Shown here piece after piece: positions 11,530-24,100 of a stretch of 64,000 nucleotides of DNA. This stretch comes from Vitrella brassicaformis CCMP3155 (lineage: Eukaryota; Protista; Chromerida). Numbering within the stretch: position 1 is the first letter of the stretch; each line of letters starts with the position of its first letter. Below the pieces are notes generated by a model. It was not told the origin of the DNA. It saw only the letters and a program-made list of their open reading frames with translations, and searched no databases. Location of the stretch: positions 265,597 to 329,596 of the forward strand of contig CDMY01000581.1 of assembly GCA_001179505.1 (NCBI GenBank), read 5' to 3'. A program made the position numbers and the translations under genes.

Positions 11530-12264
11530 TGGGATATATAGTTTCGGGCGTAGCGTGCCTTGCCCATGAGTGTTGGTTGCTAGCTGAGGCGGGCGGACCG
11601 GAGAAAGGCGACATTCATGTAATCCAATGGATTGGATGCATCAATGTGCTGTTTGCTACGCAACGAATTGGGCCCCCACACAGATGTTGACAAGTCCAAC
11701 CAACAGAAGCCAGCCAAAGAGGGCGACGCACGCACACTACATCTCTCCTCGCCCATGCCATCCACCCTGTATGTTTGTATGTGTGACCACTGATGAGTGA
11801 GTGCCTTTGTACACACAGAAGTAGTCAGTGAATGAGACAGGCAAGGAAGGAAAGAAGGAGGCTCCACTCACTCAGGATGGGACAAGTGCGTTCGTCGATG
11901 CATCTGATCGGCATATGCTCTCTGCCTTCTTCTCACTGCCCACGCTCAGGAAAGGAGACGCTGGCGTGAGAGGCCAACATCGCCACGCCTGCGCGGAGGC
12001 TTGCATGAGACGACAGAGAGACACCACACGTCCGCGTGGACACTCAACGGACATTCACACGGCACGACCCATGACACGACACACGGCAAGGCAAGGCAAG
12101 GCAAGGCAAGCAGATACATTACACCACCTCAAAAAGACCACTCACTCACTCAACTCAGCAACGACCGATAAAAAGACGTCTGCCCCCCGTTCATCTGCCT
12201 CACTCACTCGACCCCACACACCATGAATGAATGGACCCCTTTAACAGGTGTCTGTCTTGAACCT

Positions 12265-14376
12265 TCATTTGACGAGTGAAGCGAGAATGCGTCGTGGCGG
12301 TACGAACGACCTCCTGGCGTGCATCACCGCATAGTTGTCCACCAGCAACACATCACCTAAAAACAGAGACACAAACAAATGTGTGTGCGGTGCGCGACGT
12401 GCTTGGCCGCTGGTGAGTGCCTTGGGTTGGTGGCGCAGTATGTTTGTTACCCTTGTGCCACTTGAAGGCCACAGCCTCCTCGTCGGCCACCTGTGCGATG
12501 AAATTCATGACCTCGCTGGGGAGGGGCTCGCCGTCGCCAAACAACACTGCCTGCGCACCGCAACACATACACGGGTCGGGTAGAGAGAAACAGATGGGCA
12601 TGTGCGGTGCACTGTTTGTCTGGCCGCGTCTGTGACATGACAGCGTGCGGTGCGCTGCAATATATGACCTTTTGAGGGTCGTTTCTCTTGTCTTTCCATC
12701 CGGTGAATGCGGCGATCATTTGGTTGAAGAACTCCGTCTCATCGCCCTTCTCGGGATGAGCCTTGACCGCAGACAGCATCGGAGTGATCTAAACGCACAC
12801 ACAGCCAGAGCAGTGAATGACCTACCTGCCGCTGTATCGAGTGACTCGTGTCCTGTTTGCCCTCACCGTTTTCAGATCTCCTCCTGCCAGCCACTCCCTG
12901 ACACACAGACACATAGACAGACAGAGAGAGATCACTCCTCCCTCCGGCCACCCCTTTTTTCCTTCCCCCATCATATTGATCAGCCCCACCAAGTGTAACC
13001 GTCCTCCTTCATCTTTGCCTCGGCCTCTTCTCTGGTGGCCACCCTGAAGGTGCTCTTCCACGAGCGGCCCAGGGCAGACAGCTCGTCGTCCTCCTCGGGG
13101 GCCACACGCACATACTTGACGCCCTTCTCCTCCAACTTGGACAGAAACTGACAAACGGACACACACACACACAGACAGACAGACAGACAGACACATACAT
13201 ACATAAATACATACATACATACAGGCGCTCGAAATGAGTGGCCAGCCAACATCAATACATCCATCGGATTCCATCCATCCATCCACCCATGACGTGTCGA
13301 CGTGTGACGTACGTCTGGGTATTTGTCTTTGATCCGCCGGTAGACCGCATGCGACAAGACAATGGGAGCTGACACAGACAGACAGACAGACAATGGGACA
13401 TCCGCTGTGTCATTCATGGGATGTGATGTCGTGTGTTGTGCTGTCATGTGGGCCTGCTCACTCTCGCCGCCCTCTGCCGATGGCAGGTCGCAGTAGAAGA
13501 GCAGCTTGCTGGGGTACGCGGGCAGCTGAGCCATCTGCACCAACCAATGAACGACCACAGCACAGCCATGGGCAGAACATGAAAGAATGCCGGGTGCCGA
13601 TGCATTCACTTGGCACTCAAGTGTCTGTCTGGCTGGCTGGCTGGCCGGCCGGATCCCTCATTCTTGCAGAATTCAATTTGTCTGTCAGGGTCGGCCGATG
13701 ACCGACCAAGTCAGACCTTGATAGCGTATTGGTTTCTTAATCATCAGGTTGCCTCAGCTGGCTGGCCGGCTGGCTGGCTGGCTGGCTGGCTGGCATCCAT
13801 CCATCCATTCATTCGGTCCGTCGACCCACCCACCTCATGGTGCCAGGGGATCTTCTCTGATGGCGGGGATTCATTGGCCGTGAACACTATGTCACCCACG
13901 ATGTTGCGACGCACCGCCTGCACACACCAACCATAACACACACACGAATGATCTGATCTACTGCCCACCAAACACGGCACTGCTGTACTGCGGTAATGAA
14001 TAGCTTCTGCTCACATTGCCGCCGATGTAGGGGAAGTTTTCCCGCCCCAGCGCCAGGACAAACTCGGCAAAGTCTTCGGGCGACGAGATCGGGAAACTGC
14101 GGAATAGCAACGCCTGACAAACACCGCCCACACAGAACCCGGCAGGCACGTGAGTCGAAACGAGAGGAGGAATGTCGACAGATGGTGAGCTGTGGTTTCA
14201 CTCACCCCGTGTGTGGTGAGCCTTTGGAAGATGCCCTGCCTGTTGGTGGTCAGCCAGGCCTTGACGTCCGCGATGGTCTTGAGCTCACCCTCCCTCGGCT
14301 TGAGAGTCAGTGGGAAGCTGTGCTCCTCACTCAACCCCTTCCTCTGCTCGGGGATGCTGATCGTCTCGACCTCCAT
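12265..14376 (-). CDS. Clavaminate synthase-like TauD/TfdA family 2OG-Fe(II) dioxygenase
   Basis: Exons give GALLFRSFP, FTANESPPSEKIPWHHE|MAQLPAYPSKLLFYC (HxE iron ligands), GRSWKSTF, FFNQMIAAF, WHKG|DVLLVDNYAVMHARRSFVPPRRILASL. This matches the plant At3g21360-type family. Confidence 0.9.
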
Positions 14377-14762
14377 GATACGTGTAGGCCACCTCCCTGA
14401 GCCTCTCCTTTCCTCCTTCAATGTTTGCAAGCTCAAGCGGGCCTGCAAGTCTAGCTCGCAATCGCTGACAACTTCGAGAATCTCCGCTTTGCGCTTGCTG
14501 CCGGCTGCCGTGGGTGGCTGCCCCGTCCCATGGAGCGAAATCGGCGTGAAAGATCCGATCCCGCAGGCTTGTGTTGCGCGCGTTGAGTTGGGTAGGTATC
14601 AGGCTGGCTCACTTGTCTGTGGAGGACCCACCTGCCGGTGGGTGGGTGGGCCTCTTCTGCGAGAGGCTCGGACGGGTCCTGCGGCTGTCGGCGCTGTCCA
14701 GGGAAAACAGAAACAGGGCAGTCTCGTGGCTCTACATCTCCCCTGAGGACACGCCGGGGGGC

Positions 14763-16548
14763 ATGACCACCAAAGTCACCTTTATGGTCAGTAAACCATG
14801 GGCAAGGCAGGGTCACGGCACGCGACTCAATCGGCAGCTCAAAAGACGCGGTCTTGGCCCTCGGTGATAGTGTATGTGTGTGTTGCTTGTTTAGGTGCAT
14901 TGCGACACCTGCTTTGGCGAAAGTGTCAAGCTGGTCGGCAACCATTCATCCATCGGAGACTGGGATGTAAGCTAAGCGCTCCGCTCCGCTCACAGACAGA
15001 CAGACAGACACATACATGTCAGTCAGGCTGGCGATGCGATGCGCGTGCATCTGGCTGTCTGTCTGTCTGTCTGTCTGTCCCTCTGTCTGTGTTGTGTGTG
15101 TGCAGCCTGCGAGCGGCATCCCTCTGGCCACCGATGACGTCCTCTATCCCATTTGGGTGTCAGCTCCAGTAGAGGTACGCCAGGCCAGCCAGACCAGACC
15201 GGCTCAATATATCACGCAAATGAACGCACTACTTTGGCTTTGTTGTTTCTTCTTTTGCCTGGCCCATTCATTGCTCACGACCCGCAGCTGCCAAGAGATG
15301 GATACATCGTAAGCAACACAACGCAGACATGAAGGAGACGGCCAGACACGAACCCATTCTCGACCGCCCCTCTGTGTGTGTGTGTGTGTCACTATCATTA
15401 ATGCAGGAGTACAAGTACGTCAAGTACGGTGAGCACCACACGAGGTGGGAGGAGGGCTTCGAGGGCAACCGCAGCCTGCAGGTCCCCACCGACACCTCCT
15501 CCCTCGAGGCTCATCTCGCCTCATTCGTGGTGGTCAACGACGACAAGTTCGACGCCATCCCCATTCGGGCGCGGCACCCGGAGATGATCACCTACGACGC
15601 CAAACGGAAGCTGGGGGCCTTTGTGGGGCGGTGGGGCATCATGAAGGAGAGGTCAGACGCTATCGGACCCCTACTCGAAATCATGGGACTCGACTGGTAA
15701 GTGAGTGGCCACATGACATCCACATCAGATAGATAGATAGCCTAGCGGTCGGTGTCTTGAGGCCAAGAGCCACACACACACACACACACGGATCCTCCCT
15801 TCCCCCTGTGTGTGTGCAGGTTTGTGCGGAATGCGATAGACAATGCGGAGAGCCTGACGGACACGGTGCGTGTGGTGGGCAGCACATTGGTCAGCAAGCT
15901 GTCGACGGCGGTGGGCACACATCGGGAGGAGATCTACACCAACGGCGACCCTCAAGAGATCGAGGAGATGGGAAAGGCTACCGTCTATCAGGTAAAACCT
16001 CGATCGGACGGACGGCACCGATGGATGACATTCAGCCAAGAGCTCTGTCTGTCTGTCATGCCTTGCAGGCCAAGAGCCGTGTGGAGGACATTCTGCCGCC
16101 CAAGGCGCTGCTGCCCGTTGCGAGCCACCACCGGCCAGAGGTGGTCGTGACGACCACCCACCCCCACACGATGTCTCGTGACGCAGACGAGGTGGGGTCG
16201 AGGGCGTCTACGTGTGTGGGTGGGGGGCTGCTGGAGTTCCCCTACAACTTTCGGGTGGTCACCACCAAGCAGTGCTCCATGAAGGGCACCGTGGTGGAGA
16301 CCCGACAGCTCTGCGAAGAGGAAAAGGGTCCCGTCATGCACATCAATGTAAGTCAGTGGAGTGACCAAACACACACACACACACACACACATCCACCAGG
16401 CAGGCAGGCACACCTCTCTCGCTGAGTGCATGGTTGTGGTTGTGGTTGTGGTTGTGTGTGCCATCAGTTGAAGTTCACTCGTTTGGGTGACAAGGAGCCC
16501 GAATTGGAGCTCGACAGGTACTGGGAGAGATTGCATGACAATGATTGA
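14763..16548 (+). CDS. CBM20 starch-binding domain fused to a FABP/calycin-like beta-barrel domain
   Basis: N-terminal TKVTFM|VHCDTCFGESVKLVGNHSSIGDWD|PASGIPL..YPIWV..VE|LPRDGYI|EYKYVK..RWEEG.EGNRSL is a CBM20. Downstream FVGRWGIMKERSDAIGPLLEIMGLDW|FVRNAID and GTVVETRQLCEEEKGPVMHIN|LKF..LDRYWER resemble the FABP fold. Confidence 0.7.
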
Positions 16549-18184
16549 CTAACCTACGGGTTTTGCGAGCGATCGAGCGATTCGATGGAGTGAGTGAGTG
16601 ACCACGTGATGGGTGGAAGGGCGAGGGAGGGAGGGAGTCCTGTTGGGAGTGATTTTTTCCTGCACCTCTTCCTTCCTTCATTCATTCTGGGGCGTCGTGA
16701 GCTGAGCTCGTGTTTGGCACTTTTTGCAGCTTTGGGGCATGGCATAGTACGTGACGTGACGTCCATTGATCGATCGATACACGCAATGCAGAACAGAGAG
16801 AAACATGGTTTTGTTTCCACATCCTGTCTGTCGGTATCGCATCCTCCACTCATCCATCCACTCATCCATCCGTCCATCCTGTCAGTCAGTCCAGGTTTTG
16901 CTGCCTTGTCGCCTCCCCTGCTACCTGCCTGCCTGCCTGCCTGCCTGTGCTGGCTGGCGATACATCACACGAACGCATGTCATTCATGCGTGAGTCACCC
17001 ACCCACCCACCCACCTGCCACCTACCTACCTACCTACCTGCATGAGGCGTGCGTGGTGTGTGTGTGATGGCCAAACCTTTATTTATGCGTCCGTGTCGTG
17101 TCGTGTATATTCTTGACGCATCGCATGGACAGTCCCGACCAGGCAGTCAGTCAGTGAGTCAGTCGTCATGACCTACCTGCCTACCTACCTTATATCAACC
17201 AACCAACCAACCAACCACCGTTTTTCGTGCTAGCTACAGGCCTTGCTATGCTACTACTCTGTCTACCTGCATTCCAACTTTCTGTCCGTGGGCGTATGTG
17301 ATGTGATGTGATGTGAGCTGTTTGTTCCATAGGATGTGATGTGATGTATGCTGCTGTGGATGTTGATGTCAGGCTATGCTGTATACTGTCTGTCTGTCTG
17401 CGCGAGTGCCTGCCGCCCGCCTGCCTGCCTATATGCTTTGCACTCCCTTTATATATCCCCATTGATTGATTGATGCCTTTGTCGTGTTGTGGACGTCCGT
17501 GTGTTGTGTGACGGTTGTGTGTGTGTTTGTTTTGTGTCTGTCTTGTTTGTTTCCACGTAGGAGCTGACTCAGTCTTATTATTTTCGTGTGCACGCAAAGC
17601 GACTGTCACAATGATTACATACAACAACACGGGCCTTCCGCGCGGGTGGCAAGGGACTGACCTTCATAAAGGCAATGCATATTAACCGATGAAGCTCGCA
17701 TCTGCGACTTACGGTTCGCTATAGGGGGGGGAAACTGTCATTAAGCGTAACACTCGTCTGTGTGTCCGTGATACTCATACAAATACAGTCCCATCAGCAC
17801 GCAGAGTCAAACAGGCTCAAGGGGAGGAGGGATCAATCCCCGCCCCATCAGCACACCCCAGTCCCGCAAACCCTCCCCTCCCTCCCCCACGCAGACAGAA
17901 GCTAGTCGCACGCGCGAGGGCGATAGACAAGCGAGAGCGAATCCATCCAGACACATGACTGAACCCCCGACCCTTCCACCCCTCCTTCTCCAACAGCGCA
18001 TGAGCCATGTGGGCGATGAACACGTTGGCATCGTGTCCCCACACACACGGTTCGCTATTCATGCGTCGTGATGTTGACGATAGCCAGAGGACTCTCCTCT
18101 TCCGTAGCTGAGAGATCACCTGAAGAAATCAAAACAACTGGCGTCGTGGCTGCGTTCGTTCATGCCACCCGGAGGGAGGAGGGC

Positions 18185-21100
18185 ATGAGCTCCCCCGCCA
18201 AGAGGATCAGCGTGACACTGCGAGGGCAGGCGGGGCCGCAGAAACAGGTCAGGAAACAGATAGATGACGGCCGCCATCTGTGCCGGACGTCTCTCTCCCA
18301 TCCCCTGTCTGTTGAGCTGATGCTTGGCCTGCCTGCCTTGTGTGTGTATACAGGTGGTGACGGCCTCTATCGATGAGCTGAGGGCGAAGCTGTTGGCGAA
18401 ATTCGGTCTCTCTCACCGGTCCATCCAAGAGGCGCGGCTGTACGTCGATGAGGTACAGTAAGCGAATACATATGATGAATGAATGTGTCACTCAGTCAGT
18501 CAGGGGTGGGTGGATGGATGTGTGTGCGGGTGTGTTGACACCGTCCCTGTATGTATGTGTATGTGTGTGTGTCTGTAGGATCTGATTGAGGATTGTGATG
18601 ACTTGGTGGATGGAGATAAGGTGGTCCTGGACCTCTCGCCACGGAGCTCGGGGGCAGACAGGACCGCTGCCCCGGCACCACCACCAGCACTCCCACCAGC
18701 ACCCACTCCATCCGCCGCCCCTGGACAGCAAGCGCGGCCACGAGTGCTTCCGCAGCTCACACAGCAGCCCTTCCAGCAGCAGCCCCAGCAGCCAGCTGGG
18801 CCCCAGCAGCAGGAGCGAGGTCGGCAGGCATCGCAGCAGCGTGTGAGCAACGGCTCTTCTGTCGACCACCAGCACGAGCAGGAGTGCCGCTCTGACGAGC
18901 GGTCGGAGGAAGACCGCACATCGCACACGAGCGAGGACAGTGAGTTGGGGCGGGCGCTGGCGGAGGTGCAGAGGCTGAGGGATCGGGGCAACGCCGCATT
19001 CAACCGAGGCGATGCGGGGCTTGCTGAGGCTATCGAGGCCTACTCGCTCGCCATCGATAAGGCAAGTGGATGGGTGGTTCGTTCGTGACGAGGGAGGTGA
19101 TGTATAGGATTGACTGGGCTGCTGTGGTATGTGTGTGTGTGTCTGTGTGTGTCTGTGTGTGTATGGGATGGGTGTTCAGCTTAGTATTCGCAGCCCGGTA
19201 GGCTATCGGTTGAGATCGCGGTCGGACTCCTCGTCTGGCGCGCAGCAAATCGCCGCCACAATGGCTCCGCTGTACGGCAACAGGTACGCACAGTGGCACC
19301 CACACCAAACCGACAACACACACGCAGCCTGGAGCCTGGGAGAGTGATGTGTGTGCACAGGGCCTTGATGCACTTCAAGGCAGGTGAGTACGAGAAGACG
19401 ATCGAGGACGCCAACACGGCTCTGCAGTTCAAACGTGACTACGCCCCGGTCGGTCGGCGAATAGGCACATGGCCCGCCGCAGATACACACCGCTGTCACT
19501 GACTGGCGTGCACTCTCCCCCTCTCTCTCTCTTTCTCTCTCTCTCTGTCCCCCAGGCGTATTTGCGTCTGTGGGGTGCGTTCGAGAAGCTGGGCCGATTT
19601 GGTGAGGCGGCGGAGAGCCTGAGAAAGGTGCTCGAACTCGAGCCCAGACACAGGACAAACCAGTAGGCGACACACATGGACGGACGGACGCACGGATGCA
19701 AATGTGTCCATCATTCGGTGGTCATTCACGTTACAGACACCGAGAAACCTTGAATCGCCTGCTGGCGGCGGCTGCCCGCCAGAGTGCCGCAGCACCAGCT
19801 GCTGCCGCACCCGCAGCTGCTGCTGCAGCAGCAGCAGCAGCAGCAGCGCCCAAGGCTCCCCCCGTGGCCACCACGCCTCTCCGCCCCCCTCCCCCTGCAA
19901 TCATCGCTCGCCACTTTGCCCGGACCAACGATGCTCAAAGTGCTTCTCCCACTCCCCCACCAGATCACCGGGCGGCAGGTAATGTCAACGAGGAGGACGG
20001 CTGGGTAGTCGTCCCTCACGCAGAGAGCGAGAGCGGGGCTGGGGGTGCGCCAGGGGCGGGGCCCCCGGGGCAGGCCGGAGGAGTGGCAGCGCGCAAGAAC
20101 ATCATGAAGAAGCTCAAGAAAATTGACGAGTACAAGAAAGCCATAGCGCGAGGTATCTCATGTAGCCAGACAGCCAACCAAGGAAGCCGAAGCTCGCGTT
20201 CCGTCCGTCGAGGGTGGTGAAAGTGCCCCTGTCCGTGTGTCTGTCTGAGCCTGTGTGCAGGTGATGTGTTGCAGGCGGCCCAGCGGCAGTTGGTAGAGCG
20301 CGAGCCTCAGTTGCGCGAGCAGCTCGAGAGACTCAGGGAGGCGGGCGGTGGCGGCAGTGCTGGTGGGAGTGCTGCTGCTGCTGCTGCTGCTGCTAGTGGT
20401 GGTGGTGGTCACGAGACCGCTACGACCACAGCAGCAGCAGCAGCAGCAGCCGCAGCAGCCGCAGCGGGTGTGTCTGGCGGGCCCTCTCGCGCGTCCTTCT
20501 CTGCGTGGACGGAGGCCCTCAATGACACTGCCCAGCCAACCGTCGTGCTCAACTGTGCCAACTTAGGTACCTACCCACACACTCAGTGGGAGGCCACTGA
20601 CTCAACAAACAGTCACCACGCGCGTGTCGTGTCGTCGTGTGTTGTGTGTCTCCAGGTCACACCTACGCCCAGGTTGTGTGTTCAGCGGGTCGTGACGAGC
20701 TGCGGCGTTTCGAGATGATGCGGCGGATGGGTCGCGGTAGTGGGGGCGTTGGTCTGTATGGCGAGCAGGAGGGCATGGGGCTGCGTGCCCGGCCCATGCG
20801 CACCCATTTCTCGTGGGACGGCATCCGAGCGGCTGTCAAGTATTACGAGGCGAGGGGCGTCAAGGTGGTGGGCATCGTCACCCAATCTGTTGTCTCACGT
20901 CATCCGGTACGTGAGGGGTGAGAATGGATGTATGGACGGAGGATGGGATGGATGCGTTGAATGAATGCGCCCTTGGTGCTGGTGTGTGTGTGCTGGTGTG
21001 TGTGTCTCAAGATACCAAGCGACTTGGCTGACATCATCACGCAGTCGCCAAGTCGTGACGAGGCGAGGGACATCGACGATCTGTTCACCATCAAGACCGG

Positions 21101-24100
21101 TAGGTAGGGAGAATGATCTGATCACACAGCGCACCGCACACCCGTTCGTATCCCTCCTGCATTTGCTGTGCTGTTTGTGTGGTGTTGACTGATTCGTTTG
21201 ACATGGCATGAACACCCCCCCAGCGATGCAGCTGAATGCCCAGTACGTCGACAACGACAACTACCGCGACTGGCTGTCAAGGGCTGAGGCCGACGTCAAG
21301 GACTTCCTGCGCCGGACCAAGCTCACACACCACGTCTGCTACATCTTCACTAACCCAGATGGCAACTACGTGCCGGACAAAGAACCACTCACGGTGCGTC
21401 TGCCACCGAGCATAATTCTAAGACACGTGGCTGTCAACCATTCAATCGCCCGTATGTGTATGTGTGTGTATTGGCTCACAGATAGCGTCCACCCCTCCCC
21501 CGCCCATCGTGAGCATCCTGGCTGCGTCCGAGTACGCCATCAACACCAACTCGCCCCCCCGCCCCTCGCCAGCACCATCACCCACCACCACACCATCCAC
21601 ACCGTCACAGCAGCAGCCGCCGAGCACCCCCGCTGCCACACCAGCGGCCCGGCGACGGGTGCAGCTCAGATTGCAGCCACTCTGGTCAGTCTGCAAAGGG
21701 AAGGCAAGGCGCGTCAGGAGTGTGACACATACATGTGTGTGTGTGATGTCTCGCGCGTGTAGGTCGCCCAACCAGTTGCCTCGTTCGTTTGAGAGCCCTT
21801 TGGAGGGGTGGCAGATCGAGCACTTGCATCCGATGACGGTTGAGGTCGAGTTGGGCAAGAGCGTCGCAGAGGCCACCAAGGACATGACTCAACAGCTCCT
21901 TGCCAGATGCAGCCTGGTCAGCCCCCTACCACTGCAGATGTCACCGTGCCTGTCTGTCTGTCTGTCTGTGTCTCCATCCATCCATCCTGACTTCTGGCAG
22001 GTTTGTGAGCATTTGCGCCCCGACTTCGCGTCCAAGTTGTCGCTGCATCTGTTTTCGGGCGAGGGTTACGCCATCTCGGCGCGACTCAACTCTCTGTCCC
22101 TCGAAGCGCTGCGGGCCCGCAACAACGAGGTCATGTTCGCGCTGCTCACTCTCGCCTCCGCCGCACCGTTCGTCGACCTTGCCCTCCAGGGCGGCACGGA
22201 GGGACCGGTCAACGGCAGAGACGGCTTCTGTGCACAGGGGTTCGCACATACGCACTCACTCATGGGACGGAACGCCCGCTGATATGATGCGTATGTGTGA
22301 GTGTGTGTGTTCAGGTATGAGGGCGGCCTGTTCCCCCCCTGGATGGCTCGTCGGTCGGGGTCAGGTTGGCGGAGCAGCCACGTGAGTGAGCGGAGCCTCG
22401 CCATCTTCTGTTCGACGCTCAAGGTGGTTGCCCGGACCATCAAGGGGTCGTTCAAGCGGCCCCTCCTGGCCACCGTCCGCCGACTCACCCAGTGGAGCCC
22501 ACTGGTGCACGCACTCAACCAGCTCTTCTCGCAGGAGACCAACCTCACCGTGGGGCAGAAGGTGCGCCAGATAACTAACAGAGAGAAGAGAGGCAGCCAC
22601 ACACACGTATGCATACGTCCATGTGGCCGGTTGTGCGTGGCTGATTGTTCAGGCGATCATACTGCAGGGGATGGTCTTCATTTTCGCGCAACTGTGGGCG
22701 GCGGTATCGCAGACAATGAGCAAGGGGCCCGCCGCATCTTCCTCGTCTGCATCGTCCTCCTCCAGCCCTTCTCCCGCCGACGCGTCAAGCTGTTCACTCG
22801 ACGCCCTGCTCGAGATGTCGCCCTACTTCTGGTACGTACGTGATCCTTGACGGGCCCGTCAATCCATCCATCCATCCATCCATGTGCGTGTGTATGTGAA
22901 CAGGGCGTACCTGCTGCTGGAGGCCGTGTTGGAGGACAGCGAGGCCAAGTGCGCAGGCTGCGACGCCAAGCTGGGCACCGACTTCTTCTTCCGCATCGTC
23001 CAGGCCGCCCCCCACAAGCCCGCCAGACCCGATGGCGACGACACTGCTGACGGCAACGACAAGAGGGCGGGGACAGGCGGCAAGGGCGGCGGCAAGAAGG
23101 GCGGCGGCAAGAAGGGCAAGAAGGGCGCAGGCAAGAAGCCCAACAGGAAGCGCCGTGTGGCCGACGATGACACCGACGTCTTCGACGCGCCGGACGACTG
23201 CGAGCCCGACGACGGGGATGCGGAGGAGGGGCAGGGTGGTGATGGGGCCGCTGACGAGACGGCCATTCCGCACTCTCTGTCGCTTGATCTGCGGTGCGGT
23301 CAGTGCAAGAGCGCCTGGGATGAGCTAGAGTGTCACGAGGCGCAGGAGAGGGAGAACAACACCTCGAAGCGCAAAAAACGCAAAAACCACCAGCAGGACG
23401 TGGCCAGGGACAGCCTAGGAGAGGTTGTCAAGGATGAGTTGGGACCGTTCCAGCAGGTAAGTAACTAAGCATGCCGATCCATCCATCGTTCGTATGGATA
23501 CTGATCGGCATCCATGACATGTGCGTGTGTGTATGCGTGTGCAGATTCGCCGTTTCCCGTGGGGCACGCCCGAGCAGGTTGAGTCGTTCGCCAGCATCGA
23601 CTTCAGCAAGTACATGGAGCAGAAGGTAAGGTACACACGACAGACATGCCATCCGTCCCTAAGCGAGCCACTGCGCTGACCGCTCTGTGCGCCTAATTCC
23701 CATTCCTGCAGGTGGTGCCGTCAGCAGACTTTCTGGCCAATTACGCTGATCGCGATTGCCCCATCTGTGAGGAGAAGTGCAACCCCCCCGTGGAGCTCAA
23801 CTGCAACTGTCGGGATGGGAGGGGCATCCGTGGCGTCATCTGCCTCAGCTGCGTATGTAACATCGGCATCAGGATGTGCCCCTTCTGCGCCACTGACCTT
23901 GGCCCGCTTGACTACAAGGAGGTACGTACACCACGTAGTGTAATCCTGTACACCGCAGACCGAACAACACACACACAACACTTGCGTTATGGATCTCACT
24001 TCATGACCTTGTTGGCCCCCTCGAGCAGGTCGTGTCCACCCTGCACACGCGCGCCAACGCGTACCACGAGGTCCTCAAGGCCAGGCACCCTGGAGAGGTA

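Noticed and set aside
14377-14945. ORFs 14451-14945 and 14571-14867 as N-terminal extensions or extra genes
   Set aside because: They overlap the TauD/CBM20 divergent promoter and the first CBM20 exons, and both real proteins begin at sensible Met codons.
16550-18050. Repeat-rich 1.5-kb intergenic region as a CRISPR array, ncRNA or mobile element
   Set aside because: Only simple microsatellites; no repeat-spacer periodicity, terminal inverted repeats or recognisable RNA motifs.
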